Position numbers and translations under genes: made by a program | Shown here: positions 20,301 through 32,681 of the stretch, one piece after another | Layout of the letters: every line of letters begins with the position of its first letter | Position numbering within the stretch: position 1 is the first letter of the stretch | Source of the DNA: a bacterium | Lineage (GTDB): Bacteria > RBG-13-61-14 > DATKZS01 | Reading direction: 5' to 3' | Length of the DNA: 64,000 nt | Assembly (NCBI GenBank): GCA_963674965.2 | Contig: CAXXFL010000006.1 | Span: forward strand, 864,001-928,000 | Notes under the pieces: generated by a model | Told to the model about the DNA's origin: nothing | The model's database searches: none | The model's input: only the letters and a program-made list of their open reading frames with translations

Positions 20301-23300
20301 TAATGGGTTTTTACTTCTTCGTTTGAGTAGAGAATGACCGACCTTGTCTGACCCGAACCCACGGGAGTTTCGACCACGGCTTTCCATACCGCGTGGTACC
20401 TCTCTCCAATTGTCTCGTCCACGAAGGCGACGGGCTTTTCCGTTTGTTTTACATAGTCCGGGAAATGGGAGATACTTTGCAACTCGATGCTATCCCAATC
20501 CTCAAGTTCATCGCCGTATCCATCCATTATGTCGTACTTGACCGTCCATCCATCTAACTCGCCCGTAAACGTAAATCCAGGCTGATGATTGTAGGCCAGA
20601 TATGGGCCAATCAGAGAATTCAAGTAATAATCTAATATCTTATATTTTCTAATCCAAGTTTGATCTCCCAATGATAAGTACATACTACAAGTTGAAGGGC
20701 CGCTAAGTTCCCATTCCAACCCCAGAGGGTAGGTATCTATTTTATCGACGGAATTATATTCAGAGCGCAAAGACCCCCATTCAACGTATGGATATGTTGA
20801 AGTATAGCTACTTTCAGGGAAATAATAATCATACGATATTTTTGAAGGGTCTGCGGCGTTGTTCCTTTTGGCCGCGAAAAGGAAATTACCCGTGAAACTG
20901 CCATAACCGGTGGTGTCCGACTCGCTCGCCAAGGCGGGGGCGAACATATCATCGAAGTCCCAGCATACTGGGATTATAGTAATCGTATCAGCATCATACA
21001 GGCAGACGCTGACTTTATTGGTGTCTCCCGCCGTTACGAAAGGCAAAGCGAAGAGATAGTCTTGGTCATTAATGTCCGAGGCGGCCATGAAATCGCCAGG
21101 CGACAGAACCCATTCGGCGATAGCCTCCCCCCTTTGATATTGGCCGCTGACCATGACGCTGTTTCCCTTAACGATCATCGTTTTATTGATCCACTGGGTA
21201 TTTCCATTTTCATAAGCGTAAAACAAGCTGACCAGGGTCGTCTCGCTTGGCGCTATGTCCGCTAAAAACGCTTCGTTTACCGTGCTACCAACGGTGAATT
21301 CGACGGACATTTGGGGATAGGTCAAGCCGGATAAGGTATAGTAGTCGTCACTGGGATCGGAGACGCTGTTCCCGATATTAATCTCCACTCCGTCGGGGTC
21401 TCCTCCTCCGTCCGTGTCGAAGTTGACGGGACTGGTGAACGTTACATAAAGTTCTTGATAGTCGGATAATCCGTCGTGATCCGTGTCGGCCAGAGTGGGG
21501 TTGAGGTCGCAGGCCGTGGCTCCTCCAATGCACACGTTAATATAAGGGTGGTAGGCGGTGCTTCCATCGAAGGAGGTATCGCCGTCAAAGGAAATTTCCT
21601 GTAGGTCGGTAAGGCCGTCTCCGTCGGTGTCGTTGGAACTGGGGTTGGTACCGAACCTGTACTCCCAGATATTGGAGATGGAGTCCGAGTCGGGGTCGGC
21701 GGTCAGGTCATCGTCCACCGTGGGATGTAGGTACATAAGTTCCCAATAGTCCCCAAGGAAGTCTCCGTCTGAGTCGCTCGAGAGTGGATCGAGGGCGTTG
21801 GCGTCGTCGCAAGTGCCGCCGCAAGTCTGATAAGGCTCAAGGAATAATGCGCAACATTCCTCAATATTAGTAATGCCATCGCCGTCAGAGTCAACTTCGG
21901 CGTCTTTCACCAGGGGATCGAGACCGACGGAGACCTCCCAATTGTCATCCATCCCATCATGGTCCGTATCCTTGTGATAGGGGTTGGTCCCGGCCAGGTA
22001 CTCGCCCAAGGTGTTCAGGCCGTCCGAGTCGAAATCCTGGAGCGTGTCGCTGGTGATGGGTCCCGTGTTCCATATGCGCTCCCATCCATCGGGGAGCAGG
22101 TCGCCGTCGGTGTCAACTCTGCATGGGCTGGTCTCGGTATTGCCGTCAAGAGCGCCGTCCTGGTCCATATCCTCAAGGCCGTCGGGAATGCCGTCTCCGT
22201 CAGAGTCCTGATTGCCGGGAGAGATCGTGCATCCAATTCCGACGGTAAAGCCATATAGCGCCTGGGTTTCAAGGTAATCTCTGATTCCGTCGATATCGGA
22301 GTCCGCGCTTCTGGGATTAATGGAGAGTTCGTATTCCTGGAGGTTGGTCAGGGTATCGCCGTCAAGGTCGCCCGTCGAGTCGTCAATCGTGGGGTCCAGG
22401 CCATAAAGGATTTCCCAGTCGTCCGGCATGCCGTCGGAATCGCTGTCCGTGGCGCCAGGCAGCGTCCCATGAAGGTACTCTGTCCGATCGCTCAATCCGT
22501 CCTGGTCAGCGTCCGCCGCGCATGAATTAAGGACGAGGATACTCAAGTTATTCGTTAATTCCCATCCATCGGGGAGACCGTCTCCATCGGTATCCATATT
22601 ATAGGGATCGGACTCCGTAGCGTCCACGACGTAATTGCCATTTACGTCCTCCCCGGTGGACCCGTCGTTTAAAATGCCGTCTCCATCCATGTCGTTAAAC
22701 ACGTATATGGGCGGCTTGCCTTCATTAATCAGTTCCTGCTCGTCATCGACGCTATTGCCGTTTTTATCGCTTGTTCCGTTGGGATTCGTCATATAGAAAT
22801 ATTCGTCGCCGTCGTTATACCCGTCGTCGTCCGAGTCGTCATCTTGCGGGTCCGTGCCGAGGAGTAATTCCTCATAATCGTTCAGTCCGTCACCGTCCTC
22901 GTCGGCGAGACAAGGGTCGGTCTCGCCCGCGTCCTCTTCTACTCCGTCGGGTATGCCGTCACCGTCGGTGTCGGGGTTGGCCGGGTCGAGACAACCGCTG
23001 GACTGGGTCTCGAAGTAGTCCGAAAGATTATCATCGTCCGTGTCCTGCTCGATCGGGCTACAACGGTAATTCATAATGATCGCGCCGGTCATTTCGATTT
23101 CGTACCCATCATTAAGTCCGTCCTCGTCCGAGTCAGCGACGTTTGGGTTGGTATAGACCTTTAAGGTATGGCCGTCACTAGGGCACCCGGCGAGAGCGTC
23201 GCATGAGGCCCCCTTGTAGAGCAGGAACTCCTGGAGGTTGGTGAGGCCGTCGGAGTCCCAGTCCGTGTCCCCGTCCTGGACATGGGGATTCAGGCCCCAG

Positions 23301-26300
23301 AAGACCTCCCACCCGTCGTCCATGCCGTCGCCGTCGGTATCTGCCAGACATGGGTTGGTCTCCGTATCACCGTCAAGGACGCCGTCAAGGTCTATATCCT
23401 CGAGTCCATCGGGAATGCCGTCGCCGTCACTGTCGGGATTCGTGGGCACGATGGTGCAACCCATTCCGACCGTCAGGCCGTAGATGGCCGTGGTTTCCTG
23501 ATAATCGCTCAGTCCGTCGGCGTCCGTGTCGGTGGAATTAGGAGAAGTCCCCAGCGTTACTTCAACGCTGTCTATAAGGGAGTCTCCGTCGGAATTGGAA
23601 GTCGCGTCTCCCGGATCGGTGCCCAGTGCAAGTTCTTCCAGGTCGGACACGCCATCTTCGTCGCTGTCGGCAACGTAAGGATTAGTGCCGTTTTGCGCCT
23701 CGTATAGATTGTCCACTCCGTCGCCATCCGGATCGGCTATCGTGGCGCTGGACAATATAGTCAAAGCATCGAAGGGGTCCAGGGGATCAAGAGAGTATTG
23801 TCTCTCATAAGCGTCATTCATTCCGTCGCTGTCGCTGTCTGCCCGGCAGGGGTTGGTTTCTCCCTCATCAACCTCGAAATCGAGGTCGGCGTCCTCGCCG
23901 TTGGAGCACAATAAAGTGGAACCGTCATAAACGGAGGTGTTTCCATCGCATAATCCGTCTCCATCGGAGTCGGGATCGCTCGGAGATGTGCAATAGTCAT
24001 ATTCAGCCGCGTCGCCCAATGCATCGCCATCAGTGTCAACAAGCGTGGGGTCGGTGTTGGCCGTCATTATTTCGACGTAGTCCGATAACGAATCGCCATC
24101 CGTGTCCGTTAGTAGAGGGTTCGAACCGAAATCGACCTCTACACCATCAGAGAGATCGTCTCCATCCGTGTCTTCCTTGCAGGGATCAGTCTCGCCCGCG
24201 TCAACTTCCCCGTCATTATCCTGGTCCTCGCCCATGGTCCGACCGTCTATTAAGCCGTCATCATCCGAGTCGTCGTCGATAGGGCTTGTGCAGTAGCCGA
24301 TTTCCACGTCATCGTCCAGTCCATCGCCATCTGAATCCGCCAGCTGGGGATTCGTGTAGTTGTCCTCCTCGCTGGAGTTGATAACTCCGTCCCCGTCCGG
24401 GTCCTCGAGGTCGTCCGTGATGGAATTACTATCGCTGTCCGCGATGTAAGGGTCATATCCGTATTCGATCTCCCAAGCGTCGCTAAGTCCGTCGGAGTCC
24501 GAGTCGTCGTCGGCGGTGAAGATGAAATCTATTGCGTCCACGCCGGGGCTGCCGGCGGTGGATGAATGCACGGTAATCCGATGCCTTTTACGAGGCAACA
24601 GGACCTCTGTCCGATAATTAGTAGAGTTCTGGGAATTGAACTCGTCGATCAAGTCCTCCCAAGAGATGGTGAAACTCTTCTCCAGGCCCTTGTAATGAAA
24701 TAGATAGACGTCAAGGTCCGAATTCGTGTCGCCTGGAAGCAATTGCTCCTCGCTGGAAAAGAGTATCCATTCGTTTTCCTCGTCCATGGAGACGAGAGGC
24801 GGAGCGTCGCCGGCAGAGGCGATAACGGGTTCGGTCGTGATCGCGTAGCCCCACGCGTTATAGGTCCTGTCGTCGGCGTATCTCGTGGGTTGGAGGAGGA
24901 AGTAGTTATATCCGGACGTGACCGTGTCTCCCGAAAAATTATGATTGGAAAGGACCAGAACGTCGATATTGCCGTTACCGTCAGGCAAGGATACACCGGC
25001 GGGGATAACCGTAACGCCGGGAGAGGCGTTGGTTATCTGTTCAATCTCGTTATAGACGGCGGTGTCGCCGCTGAGCCTCCTATAAACGAAAAGCTCGGTG
25101 GAGACAGAGTCTCCATCATTGGAAAATCCGTCTATTCCGCCGTAATTCCCGTTGGAACTGAAGTAAATCGACTGTAATGAATCGTCGGCAATAACTGGAT
25201 AATCGTTGGTCACGGTGGACCCGGAATCAGTGACTTGGTGAACGCCCACTCCGTATTCCCCATAGTAGAAAATTTCATAGTTGTAGTCCGAGTTGCCGAC
25301 CGACGCGTCCCAGTCCTCGGCGGAAACGAACGCCACGTATTCGCCGTTGGTAGTCGAGGACAAGCGTGGATTAATTCCTTGCTGATGCAAAGTAGTGCCC
25401 TGGACGATATTTACACAGCCAATGGGGTATGGCCCTCCGACGTCACTGTAAGTACATCTGAGGAGTTCATAATGATCGAGCGTGTCGCCGGCTGAAGAGT
25501 TTTCCGTCCAAAAGAAGAAAATATTTTCATAGGAAAGAACGGCGTCATAATTTGGCTCGCCCCTGGTGTCCCCGAAAAGATCGCTGGTAGTGACCTGAAA
25601 CAGGCCCTCGCTCTCGTCCCAAAAATACAATTCTCCATCAGTGGACGTTTCACCGTCCTCAAGGTCCTGGCGAGACCAGAACACGGCCTGATCACCCGCG
25701 TTGTTGGGTGAAATACTATGGCTGGCGAGCGCCTGAGCGTCGTCGCGGCCCACGGTAAACGAGGTCAGCGCGTCCGTGGAATATCCGTCAACCGTCAGGT
25801 CGGTCCGGTAGACCTGAAAGACATTGTCGGTGGTCCCGTCCTGCGCCCAATAGAACATGTATTGGCCATTCCTCGACATGGCGGGAGCGAGGACCGTTGA
25901 CGAAAACAAGGGCATGGAAAGACTGGAAAGAGGCTTAAGCTCGTCGGTTATTTCCACGCCCATCTCGGAGCCGATCAAGTCGGTCCAGTGGTCCATGGTT
26001 ATGCGGACCTCGTCCACGTCCGGCGTGGCCCTCACGGTCAAGTAGCTCTCCGAGTACGCCGCTTTATGATAGGAATATGTAACTGGTTCGTCGATAACGA
26101 CCGGTCCGACGCGCCCTTTTACTTCATAGACCTTAACGTATGTGGGATGATCACTGTAAAAGCCGGCGTGGAAAACGTCCCGCTCGACGACGTCTTCCTC
26201 AAGTATTTGGAAGGTCGAGTCCGAGGGAAGAACGATGGCCTTGCCAAACGCGTTGATTGGGGGAGGAGAAACAAGAAGGACGTCCGATAACTCTCCGTCC

Positions 26301-27244
26301 ATTGAAATGGTCGCTCCCGAGCCTGGACCATAGGTAACGTCGTAATAGTTCTGAGGACGAGAGTAAATCCAAAAATGGTACTCGATATCGAGAGGCATTC
26401 CCGAGGAAGCGCCGATCTCGATTTTTCTGTTATTTCTGACTATTACGCTGGGATTGCCGATTGAAGGGCCGTCAAACGGGGCATGGAGATCGTCGTCGTG
26501 CCAGAAAACCTCATAGGGAATATAAGACAGGTTGAGAACAGGCTCGGAACTTCCAAGAGTAAACGTCGAGTGAGGAGGCATGGGCATGTATAAAAGGGAG
26601 TCGCCGGAAAGCCCCGAGCCGCTCGCCGGATAAACGTGGCTCAAAGTGGGATGTTTCGCGTTATTCGCGAAGTCGCGCACGATGAAATAATTGATTACGT
26701 CGCCGCTTGATTGATTCTCTTCCGAGTCATGGAATATCTTATCAATTACCAGTTTATACGCGAACGCTCCTTCATAATCGTCCATTCCGTGCCACAGCGT
26801 GTCATCGTCAACGAGGCCCACGTAGAGCTTGTCGCTATAGCCGGACTCGCACTCGGTCGTGGACGCCCAAATAGTACCGGTGAAATAAGCGCCGCTGGAA
26901 AGGGAGTCCCATGACTTTGTAAAGCAATAATCGAAGTTAAAGACGGATTGACTGGGAGTGAGGTAAGAATCGAAATTTGTAACGGTCTGCCCGTAAAGCT
27001 CAAGATCAGACAAGGTCACCGTGTCGTCGTCAACGCACCTGTCGAAAAACACCACGAGTCTATGCTGGTTGTCCTCCATGGACGGGTCCAGGATTTCCAC
27101 GTTCTTGCCGAGAGACATTACCTCCGTGTAAGCCGGGCCAAGTCCCTTGACAAAGCTGTTCTGATTGGCTCCACAGCCTACAATTACCGCCGCTAGAAAA
27201 AATATGACGAAGATCGCCGCCGCTTTCATTACCTTTAACTTCAT
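17384..27244 (-). CDS. Giant lipoprotein: TolB-like propeller, many DxDxDG (TSP3-like) Ca-binding repeats, Rhs-associated core and C-terminal toxin
   Basis: Probable start MKLKVMK with lipobox VIVGC; dozens of NP..xDTDGDG..D..E repeats; YLPFGG...[17 protein letters not shown]...[14 protein letters not shown] followed by a low-GC ~240-aa tip. Confidence 0.88.
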   Translation of the reverse strand: MKLKVMKAAAIFVIFFLAAVIVGCGANQNSFVKGLGPAYTEVMSLGKNVEILDPSMEDNQHRLVVFFDRCVDDDTVTLSDLELYGQTVTNFDSYLTPSQSVFNFDYCFTKSWDSLSSGAYFTGTIWASTTECESGYSDKLYVGLVDDDTLWHGMDDYEGAFAYKLVIDKIFHDSEENQSSGDVINYFIVRDFANNAKHPTLSHVYPASGSGLSGDSLLYMPMPPHSTFTLGSSEPVLNLSYIPYEVFWHDDDLHAPFDGPSIGNPSVIVRNNRKIEIGASSGMPLDIEYHFWIYSRPQNYYDVTYGPGSGATISMDGELSDVLLVSPPPINAFGKAIVLPSDSTFQILEEDVVERDVFHAGFYSDHPTYVKVYEVKGRVGPVVIDEPVTYSYHKAAYSESYLTVRATPDVDEVRITMDHWTDLIGSEMGVEITDELKPLSSLSMPLFSSTVLAPAMSRNGQYMFYWAQDGTTDNVFQVYRTDLTVDGYSTDALTSFTVGRDDAQALASHSISPNNAGDQAVFWSRQDLEDGETSTDGELYFWDESEGLFQVTTSDLFGDTRGEPNYDAVLSYENIFFFWTENSSAGDTLDHYELLRCTYSDVGGPYPIGCVNIVQGTTLHQQGINPRLSSTTNGEYVAFVSAEDWDASVGNSDYNYEIFYYGEYGVGVHQVTDSGSTVTNDYPVIADDSLQSIYFSSNGNYGGIDGFSNDGDSVSTELFVYRRLSGDTAVYNEIEQITNASPGVTVIPAGVSLPDGNGNIDVLVLSNHNFSGDTVTSGYNYFLLQPTRYADDRTYNAWGYAITTEPVIASAGDAPPLVSMDEENEWILFSSEEQLLPGDTNSDLDVYLFHYKGLEKSFTISWEDLIDEFNSQNSTNYRTEVLLPRKRHRITVHSSTAGSPGVDAIDFIFTADDDSDSDGLSDAWEIEYGYDPYIADSDSNSITDDLEDPDGDGVINSSEEDNYTNPQLADSDGDGLDDDVEIGYCTSPIDDDSDDDGLIDGRTMGEDQDNDGEVDAGETDPCKEDTDGDDLSDGVEVDFGSNPLLTDTDGDSLSDYVEIMTANTDPTLVDTDGDALGDAAEYDYCTSPSDPDSDGDGLCDGNTSVYDGSTLLCSNGEDADLDFEVDEGETNPCRADSDSDGMNDAYERQYSLDPLDPFDALTILSSATIADPDGDGVDNLYEAQNGTNPYVADSDEDGVSDLEELALGTDPGDATSNSDGDSLIDSVEVTLGTSPNSTDTDADGLSDYQETTAIYGLTVGMGCTIVPTNPDSDGDGIPDGLEDIDLDGVLDGDTETNPCLADTDGDGMDDGWEVFWGLNPHVQDGDTDWDSDGLTNLQEFLLYKGASCDALAGCPSDGHTLKVYTNPNVADSDEDGLNDGYEIEMTGAIIMNYRCSPIEQDTDDDNLSDYFETQSSGCLDPANPDTDGDGIPDGVEEDAGETDPCLADEDGDGLNDYEELLLGTDPQDDDSDDDGYNDGDEYFYMTNPNGTSDKNGNSVDDEQELINEGKPPIYVFNDMDGDGILNDGSTGEDVNGNYVVDATESDPYNMDTDGDGLPDGWELTNNLSILVLNSCAADADQDGLSDRTEYLHGTLPGATDSDSDGMPDDWEILYGLDPTIDDSTGDLDGDTLTNLQEYELSINPRSADSDIDGIRDYLETQALYGFTVGIGCTISPGNQDSDGDGIPDGLEDMDQDGALDGNTETSPCRVDTDGDLLPDGWERIWNTGPITSDTLQDFDSDGLNTLGEYLAGTNPYHKDTDHDGMDDNWEVSVGLDPLVKDAEVDSDGDGITNIEECCALFLEPYQTCGGTCDDANALDPLSSDSDGDFLGDYWELMYLHPTVDDDLTADPDSDSISNIWEYRFGTNPSSNDTDGDGLTDLQEISFDGDTSFDGSTAYHPYINVCIGGATACDLNPTLADTDHDGLSDYQELYVTFTSPVNFDTDGGGDPDGVEINIGNSVSDPSDDYYTLSGLTYPQMSVEFTVGSTVNEAFLADIAPSETTLVSLFYAYENGNTQWINKTMIVKGNSVMVSGQYQRGEAIAEWVLSPGDFMAASDINDQDYLFALPFVTAGDTNKVSVCLYDADTITIIPVCWDFDDMFAPALASESDTTGYGSFTGNFLFAAKRNNAADPSKISYDYYFPESSYTSTYPYVEWGSLRSEYNSVDKIDTYPLGLEWELSGPSTCSMYLSLGDQTWIRKYKILDYYLNSLIGPYLAYNHQPGFTFTGELDGWTVKYDIMDGYGDELEDWDSIELQSISHFPDYVKQTEKPVAFVDETIGERYHAVWKAVVETPVGSGQTRSVILYSNEEVKTHYYKDLPLDSTTWRPPILISNPENQAILARIKASPNRKYLHVMWVEKDPTDVYHVKYSLMNVAEAYGNPSYFADQDEDELLYIEELYVDASDTTVDSDGDGIDDYDEALFGLDPNDSSDAYTDLDQDGLSNLVEYSTYSSSFTNPDTDGDGMPDGWEVLYYPELDPTKGDSYKVLNNGILEARTSYILGTEPDAWDFDGDSCNDYFEYHYGTNILVSDTLQDSDGDGVTNMQECWILDSYFSDPFKPDTDEDYVDDFTEYYYISPFYDLADNPWWVSMHLDWDDTDGDGLSDGLELYALGTYPELMDSDTDDLPDGWELEYGLDPMSANLSTTDSDGDQVTDIVECNPYLGNPLFEDMYYNYVFCMSDLNPRSPDSDFDGFTDGWEVEYSNTLGFDPEVVNCNEAVVDYDGDGMAAIIEARLGTDPLLADSDGDGIDDYWEVVAGLDPLVDDAADDPDGDGRTNLEEYLNSGYFYTNPLNPDTDGDGLCDGVTTVMDGATQLCGPGEGDSTTSEWDAARLRLMIESGIGEITLGYGDTWADELEEGDTVLRLAVTSSLDAGTYTVRFDNGSGSVHEIEVAVSEGATYVIVDISDLWDDETSIFWVDIADDSGASLLDSGTTTVNLTQRLYLHYGLHSPVVATNSDGETVWRRAYLPFGGDFAGSPYRPITINNDAITHGFVGRRQDNDVGLYQLGARWYDPDLGRFVSVDPVPGFFNQYAYAYNNPFVYNDASGQAGEPGYSDWASKSSLRPTGSDEAAVQIAKNTGWAMWGVGDSIIDIPKGVLDSIDPNRSQSAIGVIIEDIIDMGESAIYIGENYDKIYDDFMALPEEEQSYYLAYYTIRTCLGVYMLAEGAKSISGKGLAAESEVAAETSVSKGPLGRGSTINPSKGRYAPRNLREKLAIDEVMANPGKGDWIEECPMGDGRWDAKDGWKKYQYVHKSPYGDVNVHYVYNENTLEMDDFKIVDDKGMKK

Positions 27245-27267
27245 GGCTTCGCTCCTTGTTTCCTTGC

Positions 27268-28083
27268 CTACTTGCATATCGATCGCTCGGCGTTCTCGGG
27301 ATCGAGAATCAAGAGGTGCTCGTTTAGCGACTCGAATAACTCCCTGGGGATACACTCCGATGAGACCGAAGAGGAAAGGGAGCGCCTGGTCGGAATGGTG
27401 GACTCGGCTAGCGCCTTCTCGACCGGAGAGACTAACGTCTCGCCCGTTAGCTTTTCAAGGGCCTCGGAAGCCGCCGTCTGGACAAGGAGCGACGCGTCGG
27501 TCTTCATGGCTAACTCAAGGGGGGACTTGAACTCGATGTAGCCGCTCGCCCCCAGTGAGCGCGCGGCCGAGGCTCGGACCACCGCGCTCTTATCGCGAAA
27601 TAGGGCCTTGCGGAGAGGCTCGAGGGAGGCAACAGCCGCCGCTCGGTCTTCCTCGGCCTTGCTTAGTTCGGCCAAGGCCGCCGCCGCCAGGGTCCTTGTG
27701 GCCAGGTCATGATTATTATCTCCACCTTCGAAAATATCGGTGAGCGAATCAATGGATTCATTAGCCTCAGCCTTGTTTTTGGAAGAGGCGAGTCCGCGTA
27801 TTTTCGCCCGCAGATTGGTTTCTCCAACGGGGGAGCGTTGTATGCCCTTCCTCGGCTCTTTGCGCTCGGTTGCGGTATTGGCGGGGACAGCCCGTTCTTT
27901 CACCGATGAGGATGAAGCTTGTTTTCCTGAAACTGCCGCGCCGGCGTCGCCGTCCGAGCCGGTCCTATCCATTCCTTGGCCGCAGCCCATGGAGGCCGCT
28001 ATGAATATTGAAAATAGAAACGCCAACGCGAGGCCAGTGGCTTTGTTAATAGTGATCCAGTTCCAGCAAGATAACCTTTTCAT
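27268..28083 (-). CDS. HEAT-repeat lipoprotein
   Basis: Lipobox SMGC; HEAT-like [15 protein letters not shown] and [17 protein letters not shown]. Confidence 0.75.
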   Translation of the reverse strand: MKRLSCWNWITINKATGLALAFLFSIFIAASMGCGQGMDRTGSDGDAGAAVSGKQASSSSVKERAVPANTATERKEPRKGIQRSPVGETNLRAKIRGLASSKNKAEANESIDSLTDIFEGGDNNHDLATRTLAAAALAELSKAEEDRAAAVASLEPLRKALFRDKSAVVRASAARSLGASGYIEFKSPLELAMKTDASLLVQTAASEALEKLTGETLVSPVEKALAESTIPTRRSLSSSVSSECIPRELFESLNEHLLILDPENAERSICK

Positions 28084-28106
28084 TTTATCCTCCTCTCCTT
28101 CTTCGA

Positions 28107-31100
28107 CTAAAACTGGGCCACCATCTGGCCGTTGGCGTATACGTACAACTTGCGGCTGATCAGCCGGAAGTCGCTAAGTCGGAAGGTCTTCTCGCATAGC
28201 ATTCGACCGCCTGGATCGTAGAAGTAGACAGTCGCCTCCTCCTCGGTCACCTTCAGGAATTTGTTTCCACCGGCGGTGTAATAGATTTTGACCTTGCCGT
28301 CGTCGGCGTCAACCAGCCGGTCGAAAAGATCGAAGCCGTACTTGTGCGTGGGCGTCTGGATAACGTTTCCACGAGAGTCGTGTACGTAATCTCCGATGGT
28401 TGGACCGTCAGTGGATGTATCACCGGCCTCCACAGAGGAGAGACGATTGAGATTGTCGTAGTAGTAATGATAGGACTCTGATGATCCCGGGTCCCATGTC
28501 AAGTCCTTAGATTCTCGATTACCTCTACGATCAAAACCATAGGCAACGTGCAAAAATGGCTCTACTGTAGTATTTCCAGCAAAATAAGACACATCGGAAA
28601 GATGCTGTTCCTTGTCGTAAGAGGCGTTAATTTTTAAAGCGGGTGCGCCATAAGGACCGATTTTAGCATTAAGCGGATTTAGGTAATTGTCGAAATTCAA
28701 GAAGGTGCCGTTGAAATAATTATAGCCGTATTGTTCTCTCCAATATGCGTATGCACCCGCTGGATTTATCAACATAATATCATTTGCAACGTCACTCCTG
28801 TCGGGAGACTGGGCTAAAGTGCGAATGTCTATCTGTGTTATAACGCCAAGGCCGTACAACTGATAAATGTCAGTTACCACGTCGTTTCCATAGCTAAGTC
28901 GCTTCAACGAGCCGTCAGGCTGATACTCTATGGCATCCATTATGTCATCGGAGCCGCTCTTAGCTATCGAGACCACCCTGCCTAGAAGGTCGCGAGTAAG
29001 GGTAATGGTCATGTCGCCGTCATAGTCCGACGACGTTATCTCGCCGTATTCGTTATAATCGTATTTAATATCGAAGTCGGCGTAATTAACTCCCATGGAA
29101 GTGGGGATTGTATAATGTATTGAAACCTCGTCAAGAAGAGGGGCCGAGTTGTTGTAATCGTAATCAATATCGTAGGAAACCTGGTTCCAGTCTCCCTCCT
29201 CCTTGGTCAGGCTGCCCGATCCCGAGTGATAGGTAAACTTGTAAAGAGGCTGATTGACGCCAACGGCCTGGATTTGCGTCACCCGATCGGCTCGGTCATA
29301 AGTCATGTTAACCACCGCGTTGTCCGAGGCCCTGATCGACGTTATCCGGCCTCTAGAGTCGCGCGTGAACCTCCTCTGGCCGGACTCGGGACTGTATGTG
29401 CCGATAACGTTTCCCTTGGCGTCGTAAGTGAATTCACGGTCCCCAATGCCGGCCCCGCTCTCCTCGGATATGGAAAGAAGCTCGCCCTTTGAGCCATAGT
29501 TATATTTAAACTTGCGAGGAGTAGGCCCGCCGCTCACGATCGGACCCTCGCGTTCCGTCATGTATAGTTCTCCCGGACTCGGACCCTTATAGATTTCCTT
29601 ATAACTGGTGGCGTAGGTTTCATGCTTACAAAGATACGAGCCGGAAACGCAGTCCACTGTAATATCGACTTCCAAACCGGAACTACCCGCCGCTCCATAC
29701 TCGTACGTTACGTACCTGCCGAACTTGCCCGATTCTCCAGTCTGGTCCGTTGAAAAAGCCGGTCTGCCAAAGGCGTCGTGGGCGCTGATGGATAGCGCTC
29801 CAATTGGATAGCTGTTATCGTCAATGTTTTCCGAGGTCACGGGCGAAAAAATATTCCTGGGCGCGCCGCATAAATCGCGCTCAACAAATTGCGCGAGAGT
29901 GTAGCCGTCGTCCGTTTCAACCTCGGTTTTCCAAGTCCTCCCCCAACCGTCGAGGTATTCGGTTAGCTCGCGACCGCCCGTAACGCTCTTTCGTTGTTTG
30001 GCGTAATAAAAATGATTGAGGTTGCCTTGGGAAGGGCCGTCAGTTGTGCTCGTGCCGGCCAAATAAGTTATCTCCGTGTCCTCGATATCACCGGGACGGA
30101 TAATGGACTTGAGACGACCAACGTTGTCATAAACGTATTGATATGAGAGCTCGTCGCCGCCGGCGTTAGGCACCGTTATTTGGGTCGCCTGTCCTAAAGC
30201 GTTATACGTCAAATCACCCGTCAAAGCTTCATCATAAAGCTTCACGGTCTGGGGGCGACCATTAACATAATCCTCGTACGCGTTTTTTACCGAGTCGTCG
30301 CCCGTGGCGTTGGTTACGTTTCCACCTGAGTCGTACTCCAGGCTTAGAGCGCTCATGTCAACCACTGAGGCCTGGAGGAGGCCATTAGTCATGTCCGTTC
30401 TGTACGTTCCAAGGTTGCCCGCGCCGCCGTTCAGGCTGGAGTCCGCGTTAGTCGTCACGCCGATCATGTAGGTGTCCCCGCTTACCTGGGCCTCGTGACT
30501 GAACTTGTAATTGCTCGTCCTCGAATAGCCCCCTCCTCCATCCATATATGACAAGACTTTCCCGGGGGAGTTATATATATTGAAATCGCTCGCCTCCATG
30601 TGATAGGTAACGCCGTCGCGAATAATTTGCACGCTGGAAATGGCCGGAATCGTGGGAGTCGGATCGATAAAATGTCGAGATAAGCCGCCAACGTCCCTGT
30701 CATAATAGACGTGGTAAGGAGTTGAAGAGCTCGAATTGTCGGATATCAACCGGATGCCATGCAAAAAGGGAGAGGGCAGACCAATCCAATTATATTCCAC
30801 GTCACTCAATGAAAAACTATCGCCACCGTCTCGAACGCCAAAAGTCTTTAATGCTTTAAGAAGATGCACGCGCCAAATCGAGCCGTTCTCGTTTATAGAG
30901 GGAGTGTCATAGTAATAATATTCCTTTTTCACGGAATGGAAGTGATTTTTTATATCCGTTTCGCCAGGCACGTAATCGGCGAAACATCGCAATATATGAG
31001 GATCATCGCCGTCCATCAGCTTGTCGATTTCTATCGTGGTCTTCAAGGTGCCCGCCTGATCTCCCGTGCCAACCCTCTTCATCGCGCTGAAAGCGTCAAA

Positions 31101-32681
31101 CCTGGCCCTTGCATAGGTCTCTGTCCCGGTTCTTATATAATTGGTTTCATATCGTTGATACGCGGAATTCCAGATTTCTATAGTGGGAAAATAACTGTTC
31201 CCATATAAAATCTGCGGATCATATTCAACCACGGTGTAGCTATAGGATACGTCGGCGCTCCATGGGGAGACAATTCGCTTCACGTCGCCTATATAACAAC
31301 TAATAACCACATCGCCTCCCAAGCATTGTTCATCAGAAAAACAGTATTCAATTTGCCGGTCTCCACAATATGAGACGCAATCGCAATATCCATTATCTCC
31401 AACTCCATAGAACGTGGCGGGCTCGAAATGCCAATGATCAGAAACTATATCGGGATCAAGATCGGTTGGAATACTGTTGCCGAATTCAACGACGGCCGCC
31501 TGGTCCAAAACGAAAGTGTCCACTAGTTGATAGTCGCTGGGGCCAACGTGGTGCAACGGGACATCGTTATCATAAAGAGGAGTATAAAATGATTCAGGCA
31601 CCACGTGGTAAATATAATAACGGCTGTAAAGAAGCGTTTCGTTTTGGCTGACCTCAAGCCTTTTAAGCTTTCCCGCCGGCCGGTTGGTCTTACGACACAC
31701 CAGGGTGTTTCCGTTCATGCATTCTATATTATTATATTGCGATATCTGGCTTGACACGTCCTCGTATTTGAAGTCGACTTTATAAATGGTATTGCCCGCT
31801 CCCTCGAGAGTCACTTTTTCAGGCATATTATAGAAACCGTAAATCGCCTCTTTATCCTCCTCAAGGTAATCTATGGTAACTTTAGAACCGTTTGGATAGT
31901 CGACCTCAACAAGCTTTAGCCTTACAGGTTCCCACGGCGGTGGAATATGACCCGACGTAAGCTTGTACGTCTTCTTGGTTCCATCAGGAAGGAAAAGGCG
32001 GGCTTCCGTTTGTATAAAAGGCGTAGACCACCCTTCAGCTTTTGCGATATTTTTAGAGATAGCCTCAATCCTCCAGTTATTGTCCGAAAAGTACAATTCT
32101 TGCCTGGCTTGTACCGTGCTTCCCGCCGGATATGGGTAATTATCTTGAGGAGTGACAATTTCCCAGTAATCCCCCCGCCAAGCGCATCCCGTGCCCTCGC
32201 AGGCGTTGAAATGATAAAGCTCGCCGCCCTGGGTTAATAAATATGCGTGCAAAATATCTCTAATGTATTCAGGACGCGTCTCGAAATCATAAAAACTACT
32301 GTAATGGAAAACAATGCGTTCGTTCATCACTTCCCAATTTAGACCATAAGGGGTTGCGGACTCCCGCCCAAGGAGAGTATACATGAAATCATCGGTCGCG
32401 GTGGGATCGGATCTACGTATAATGGAAAAACCATATCCCCCATCCGATCCGATAGTCACATCCGCAAATGCAAGGTGGGGAATTCCGGTCATAGTGTCAA
32501 TGTATTCGAAACTGGAAGGACGGTAATATTCCCTATATGGCGACATGAATTCCAACGTTCTTCGATAGTCATACTCGATTGGATTCAAAGTACCTTCCGC
32601 CATTACCTTCGCGCTTGGAATAACAACTACCGCCAGCGCCGCCATCAAGATTACCTTTACACTTGCATACTTCAATTTCAT
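28107..32681 (-). CDS. Secreted YD/RHS-repeat shell protein lacking the Rhs core
   Basis: GGAGGT RBS, Sec-type signal MKLKYASV...VMA; YD repeats (YDSGGNV, YNALGQ, YDNVGRL, YDAKGNV, YDRADRV, YDNLNRL); ends YVYANGQMVAQF. Confidence 0.85.
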   Translation of the reverse strand: MKLKYASVKVILMAALAVVVIPSAKVMAEGTLNPIEYDYRRTLEFMSPYREYYRPSSFEYIDTMTGIPHLAFADVTIGSDGGYGFSIIRRSDPTATDDFMYTLLGRESATPYGLNWEVMNERIVFHYSSFYDFETRPEYIRDILHAYLLTQGGELYHFNACEGTGCAWRGDYWEIVTPQDNYPYPAGSTVQARQELYFSDNNWRIEAISKNIAKAEGWSTPFIQTEARLFLPDGTKKTYKLTSGHIPPPWEPVRLKLVEVDYPNGSKVTIDYLEEDKEAIYGFYNMPEKVTLEGAGNTIYKVDFKYEDVSSQISQYNNIECMNGNTLVCRKTNRPAGKLKRLEVSQNETLLYSRYYIYHVVPESFYTPLYDNDVPLHHVGPSDYQLVDTFVLDQAAVVEFGNSIPTDLDPDIVSDHWHFEPATFYGVGDNGYCDCVSYCGDRQIEYCFSDEQCLGGDVVISCYIGDVKRIVSPWSADVSYSYTVVEYDPQILYGNSYFPTIEIWNSAYQRYETNYIRTGTETYARARFDAFSAMKRVGTGDQAGTLKTTIEIDKLMDGDDPHILRCFADYVPGETDIKNHFHSVKKEYYYYDTPSINENGSIWRVHLLKALKTFGVRDGGDSFSLSDVEYNWIGLPSPFLHGIRLISDNSSSSTPYHVYYDRDVGGLSRHFIDPTPTIPAISSVQIIRDGVTYHMEASDFNIYNSPGKVLSYMDGGGGYSRTSNYKFSHEAQVSGDTYMIGVTTNADSSLNGGAGNLGTYRTDMTNGLLQASVVDMSALSLEYDSGGNVTNATGDDSVKNAYEDYVNGRPQTVKLYDEALTGDLTYNALGQATQITVPNAGGDELSYQYVYDNVGRLKSIIRPGDIEDTEITYLAGTSTTDGPSQGNLNHFYYAKQRKSVTGGRELTEYLDGWGRTWKTEVETDDGYTLAQFVERDLCGAPRNIFSPVTSENIDDNSYPIGALSISAHDAFGRPAFSTDQTGESGKFGRYVTYEYGAAGSSGLEVDITVDCVSGSYLCKHETYATSYKEIYKGPSPGELYMTEREGPIVSGGPTPRKFKYNYGSKGELLSISEESGAGIGDREFTYDAKGNVIGTYSPESGQRRFTRDSRGRITSIRASDNAVVNMTYDRADRVTQIQAVGVNQPLYKFTYHSGSGSLTKEEGDWNQVSYDIDYDYNNSAPLLDEVSIHYTIPTSMGVNYADFDIKYDYNEYGEITSSDYDGDMTITLTRDLLGRVVSIAKSGSDDIMDAIEYQPDGSLKRLSYGNDVVTDIYQLYGLGVITQIDIRTLAQSPDRSDVANDIMLINPAGAYAYWREQYGYNYFNGTFLNFDNYLNPLNAKIGPYGAPALKINASYDKEQHLSDVSYFAGNTTVEPFLHVAYGFDRRGNRESKDLTWDPGSSESYHYYYDNLNRLSSVEAGDTSTDGPTIGDYVHDSRGNVIQTPTHKYGFDLFDRLVDADDGKVKIYYTAGGNKFLKVTEEEATVYFYDPGGRMLCEKTFRLSDFRLISRKLYVYANGQMVAQF

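Noticed and set aside
27245-27355. Upstream ORF-track starts for the giant protein (also 32813, 50142, 53389, 55075)
   Set aside because: Downstream starts have an RBS and the expected signal peptide or catalytic N-terminus, and most avoid long overlaps.
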